A stretch of DNA of 64,000 nucleotides from Nemertoderma westbladi (taxonomy: Eukaryota; Animalia; Xenacoelomorpha), in contig JAUCBJ010007696.1 of assembly GCA_032718475.1 (NCBI GenBank), forward strand, positions 62,001 through 126,000. Reading direction: 5' to 3'. Positions 61,901-64,000 of the stretch are shown piece after piece; positions within the stretch are counted from its first letter, which is position 1; every line of letters begins with the position of its first letter. Below the pieces are notes generated by a model that searched no databases, was not told where the DNA came from, and worked only from the letters and a program-made list of their open reading frames with translations. The position numbers and the translations under genes were made by a program.

Positions 61901-62400
61901 TTAGCACGATCTATCTTACTTCTCGAGAGATGGCTGTCTGTCCGTCTGTCTGTCTGTCTGTCCGTCAGTATGTCTGTCCGTCAATAAAAATCATACTATC
62001 TGTCTAAAAAATTCCGTATATGGGTTTTCGGGGTCGGTGACTTCATTTCTGATGTCATTATTCAAATTTGGCCTCGTCTTTTCTGTCTGTATTCCTGTCC
62101 GTCAAATATAACCGACAGCCAAACAGACAATTTGAAAGACATCAAATGTTAAAACTGACTCTCGAAGTGAATTCTGCGACCAGGGAAACCCATATAACTA
62201 AACTTTTAGCCAGATGGTGTGACCATTTCTTATTTTGACGGACAGATTGTCGGATTGTCAGATAGACCGACAAACAGACTAACTAGATATCATTAAAAGT
62301 GAAATCTGAAACCAGAAATGAAATCAGCGACCTGGAAAACCCCCATAGCAATAATCTCAGCATGATTTTGTTGTTTCGTATTGCTAGATCAACAGCATAA
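61901..62400 (+). mobile_element. HINE/DINE-1-like element with (CTGT/CCGT)n microsatellite
   Basis: TT-AGCACGA start, then the microsatellite at about 61935-61982. Internal IR TATGGGTTTTCGGGGTCG vs CGACC(A/T)GG(G)AAAC; partner subTIR TCGTATTGCTA near 62376. Confidence 0.55.
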
Positions 62401-64000
62401 TTCAGTCATCAGTAATGGAATACCGAACGCAGTAGTGCAGTGCACAGCACATTCCAGCTTACAGAATAATACACTACATTACCAGACCAGTACCAGAGTA
62501 CTGCAGTACTGAAATAGAAGTGCACTGGCTGGCACTTAAACTTTTCGACCTCCACATTGGCCATTTTTGAAAATACCAGAATTTTATAAACCTTGCCAAT
62601 TAAATCAGCACATTCTAAAACCTTAGTAGCCAAACTATAAGACCAAATTACCAGTTTTGGCTATTTGAAAATTTAGAGCTACTTGTAATTTTGGTGCTCT
62701 TTTGGTGTCTATTATAAAATAAACAATGAAGATTTTATTCTAATTTCGCTTTCGATTACTAATAATTATTTCGACTAACCAAAAAAGCATAATATGGTTT
62801 AATGGTTATACCAAAGTCTTTGAAGGGTGATGTATTTTGTGTAATTTTATCAATTCCGAAATGTTCCGAAATGGTATGGGTTCCAGGAACTCATCATATC
62901 TCGTAAACTACTGGAGCTATTAACTTTTTATTTGTCTCATCTGAAAGAGGATATAATTTTAGTTAGGGACAAGTACTTTCGACGCGCCTGACATATTGTA
63001 TCAGGAGTTTTATTTAAGAGATATAACTGGCCCACTAAATTTAGGGGCTTTTCAGCAGCTTGGCGGGTCGTATCTATAGTACGTCATGATTTCATGTAAT
63101 AGCTGATTATAATCAAAATAATTAAAATTAATTAATTTTTTTTTAATTAGCTAATTAAAAATTCAATAAAATAAATATTGTAGAGTCAATCGTGCTGAAT
63201 CCACAAAAGTCAAAATTTCATGTCATGAAGTTTGGACCAAGATTGCCTTAAATGTTTACCTTAAAGAACATTTCCTTGAAGGAAGTAACACTGCAACCTG
63301 TTAATTTCCATCATCAATAATCACAGTAACATCATTGATTCAACCAACCTATTGCGCTCCCCCTTCCTTCTCCTTGGTTCTCATGGAGTTTTTCTTTACG
63401 GCCTTTAAAGATGCCAGTAGTGGAGAGAAACTCTGCAACCCGAGGTGGGGGAAAGGCGGCGAGACAACGGGTTGAGGTACTTCCGATTGTGGCGACGCAT
63501 GAATAAACCAGGGTAGCCGCCGCTCTACGGCATAACCTAGATAAACCTTATTATTCCTTGATGTATTGACCTCAATTACTGGGGCTAATCGGTAGGCAAA
63601 TTATTCATCAGATCAAGACCCCTGAAAAGGCATTGTTTGTTTTCCATGCAATAATATAAATACTTTTTAGGCTTATTTGAGAAGATTTATATACGTACTG
63701 TATTTATGTAAATTGTAATAGAAGAACCTATTTATTTGTTTTGTCTACTTGTTGGTTTATTATTGAAGCTGTATCCTTTGTTGACATTCGCTATTTTAGT
63801 TGAATCGTTCTCTGAACAGGAGCTCAACCGAACATAAAGAGACGCAACAACATAATTCATTAACTTGGATTCGATAATTTTTTAATATTGGAATTTCGTA
63901 CTAATTACATTTTTGTTCCTGTTCATGATCATAGTCAATACATAAAATTGAAATACAACATAAACGTGTAAGTCGTTTTGTCATTGGGCTAAGGTGTCAA

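Noticed and set aside
62820-63251. Kolobok-like element ending in CCTTAA
   Set aside because: No matching left TIR or TTAA duplication could be identified.

Overview
Animal (probably marine invertebrate) nuclear DNA, AT-rich and dominated by repeats; all coordinates were read by eye. The only recognisable gene is a divergent SR splicing factor of the SRSF4/5/6 (B52/SRp55) family on the + strand (ATG 9546; exons 9546-9599 + 11214-11279, 16306-16650, 18581-18753, 18865-18909). Its first coding exon is split by a 1.6-kb TA-flanked TIR transposon, and no full RS domain is found. Positions 1-6896 are a near-identical upstream copy of the 5' part of intron 1 (11292-15940) with an extra 2.26-kb hairpin-bearing element. 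Downstream is a head-to-tail stack of non-autonomous Helentron/HINE-like elements (19.5-29.2 kb) with co-varying terminal hairpins. A ~28.8-kb satellite of 64/70-bp monomers follows (29.6-58.4 kb); it starts at a near-perfect palindrome, has a short inverted head, and most monomers carry a CCAAT box. The right end holds a minisatellite that reads as RS/SP, a hAT-type element containing a copy of its own empty site, a tRNA-SINE-like head and another HINE. No CRISPR array, rRNA or intact transposase was seen.
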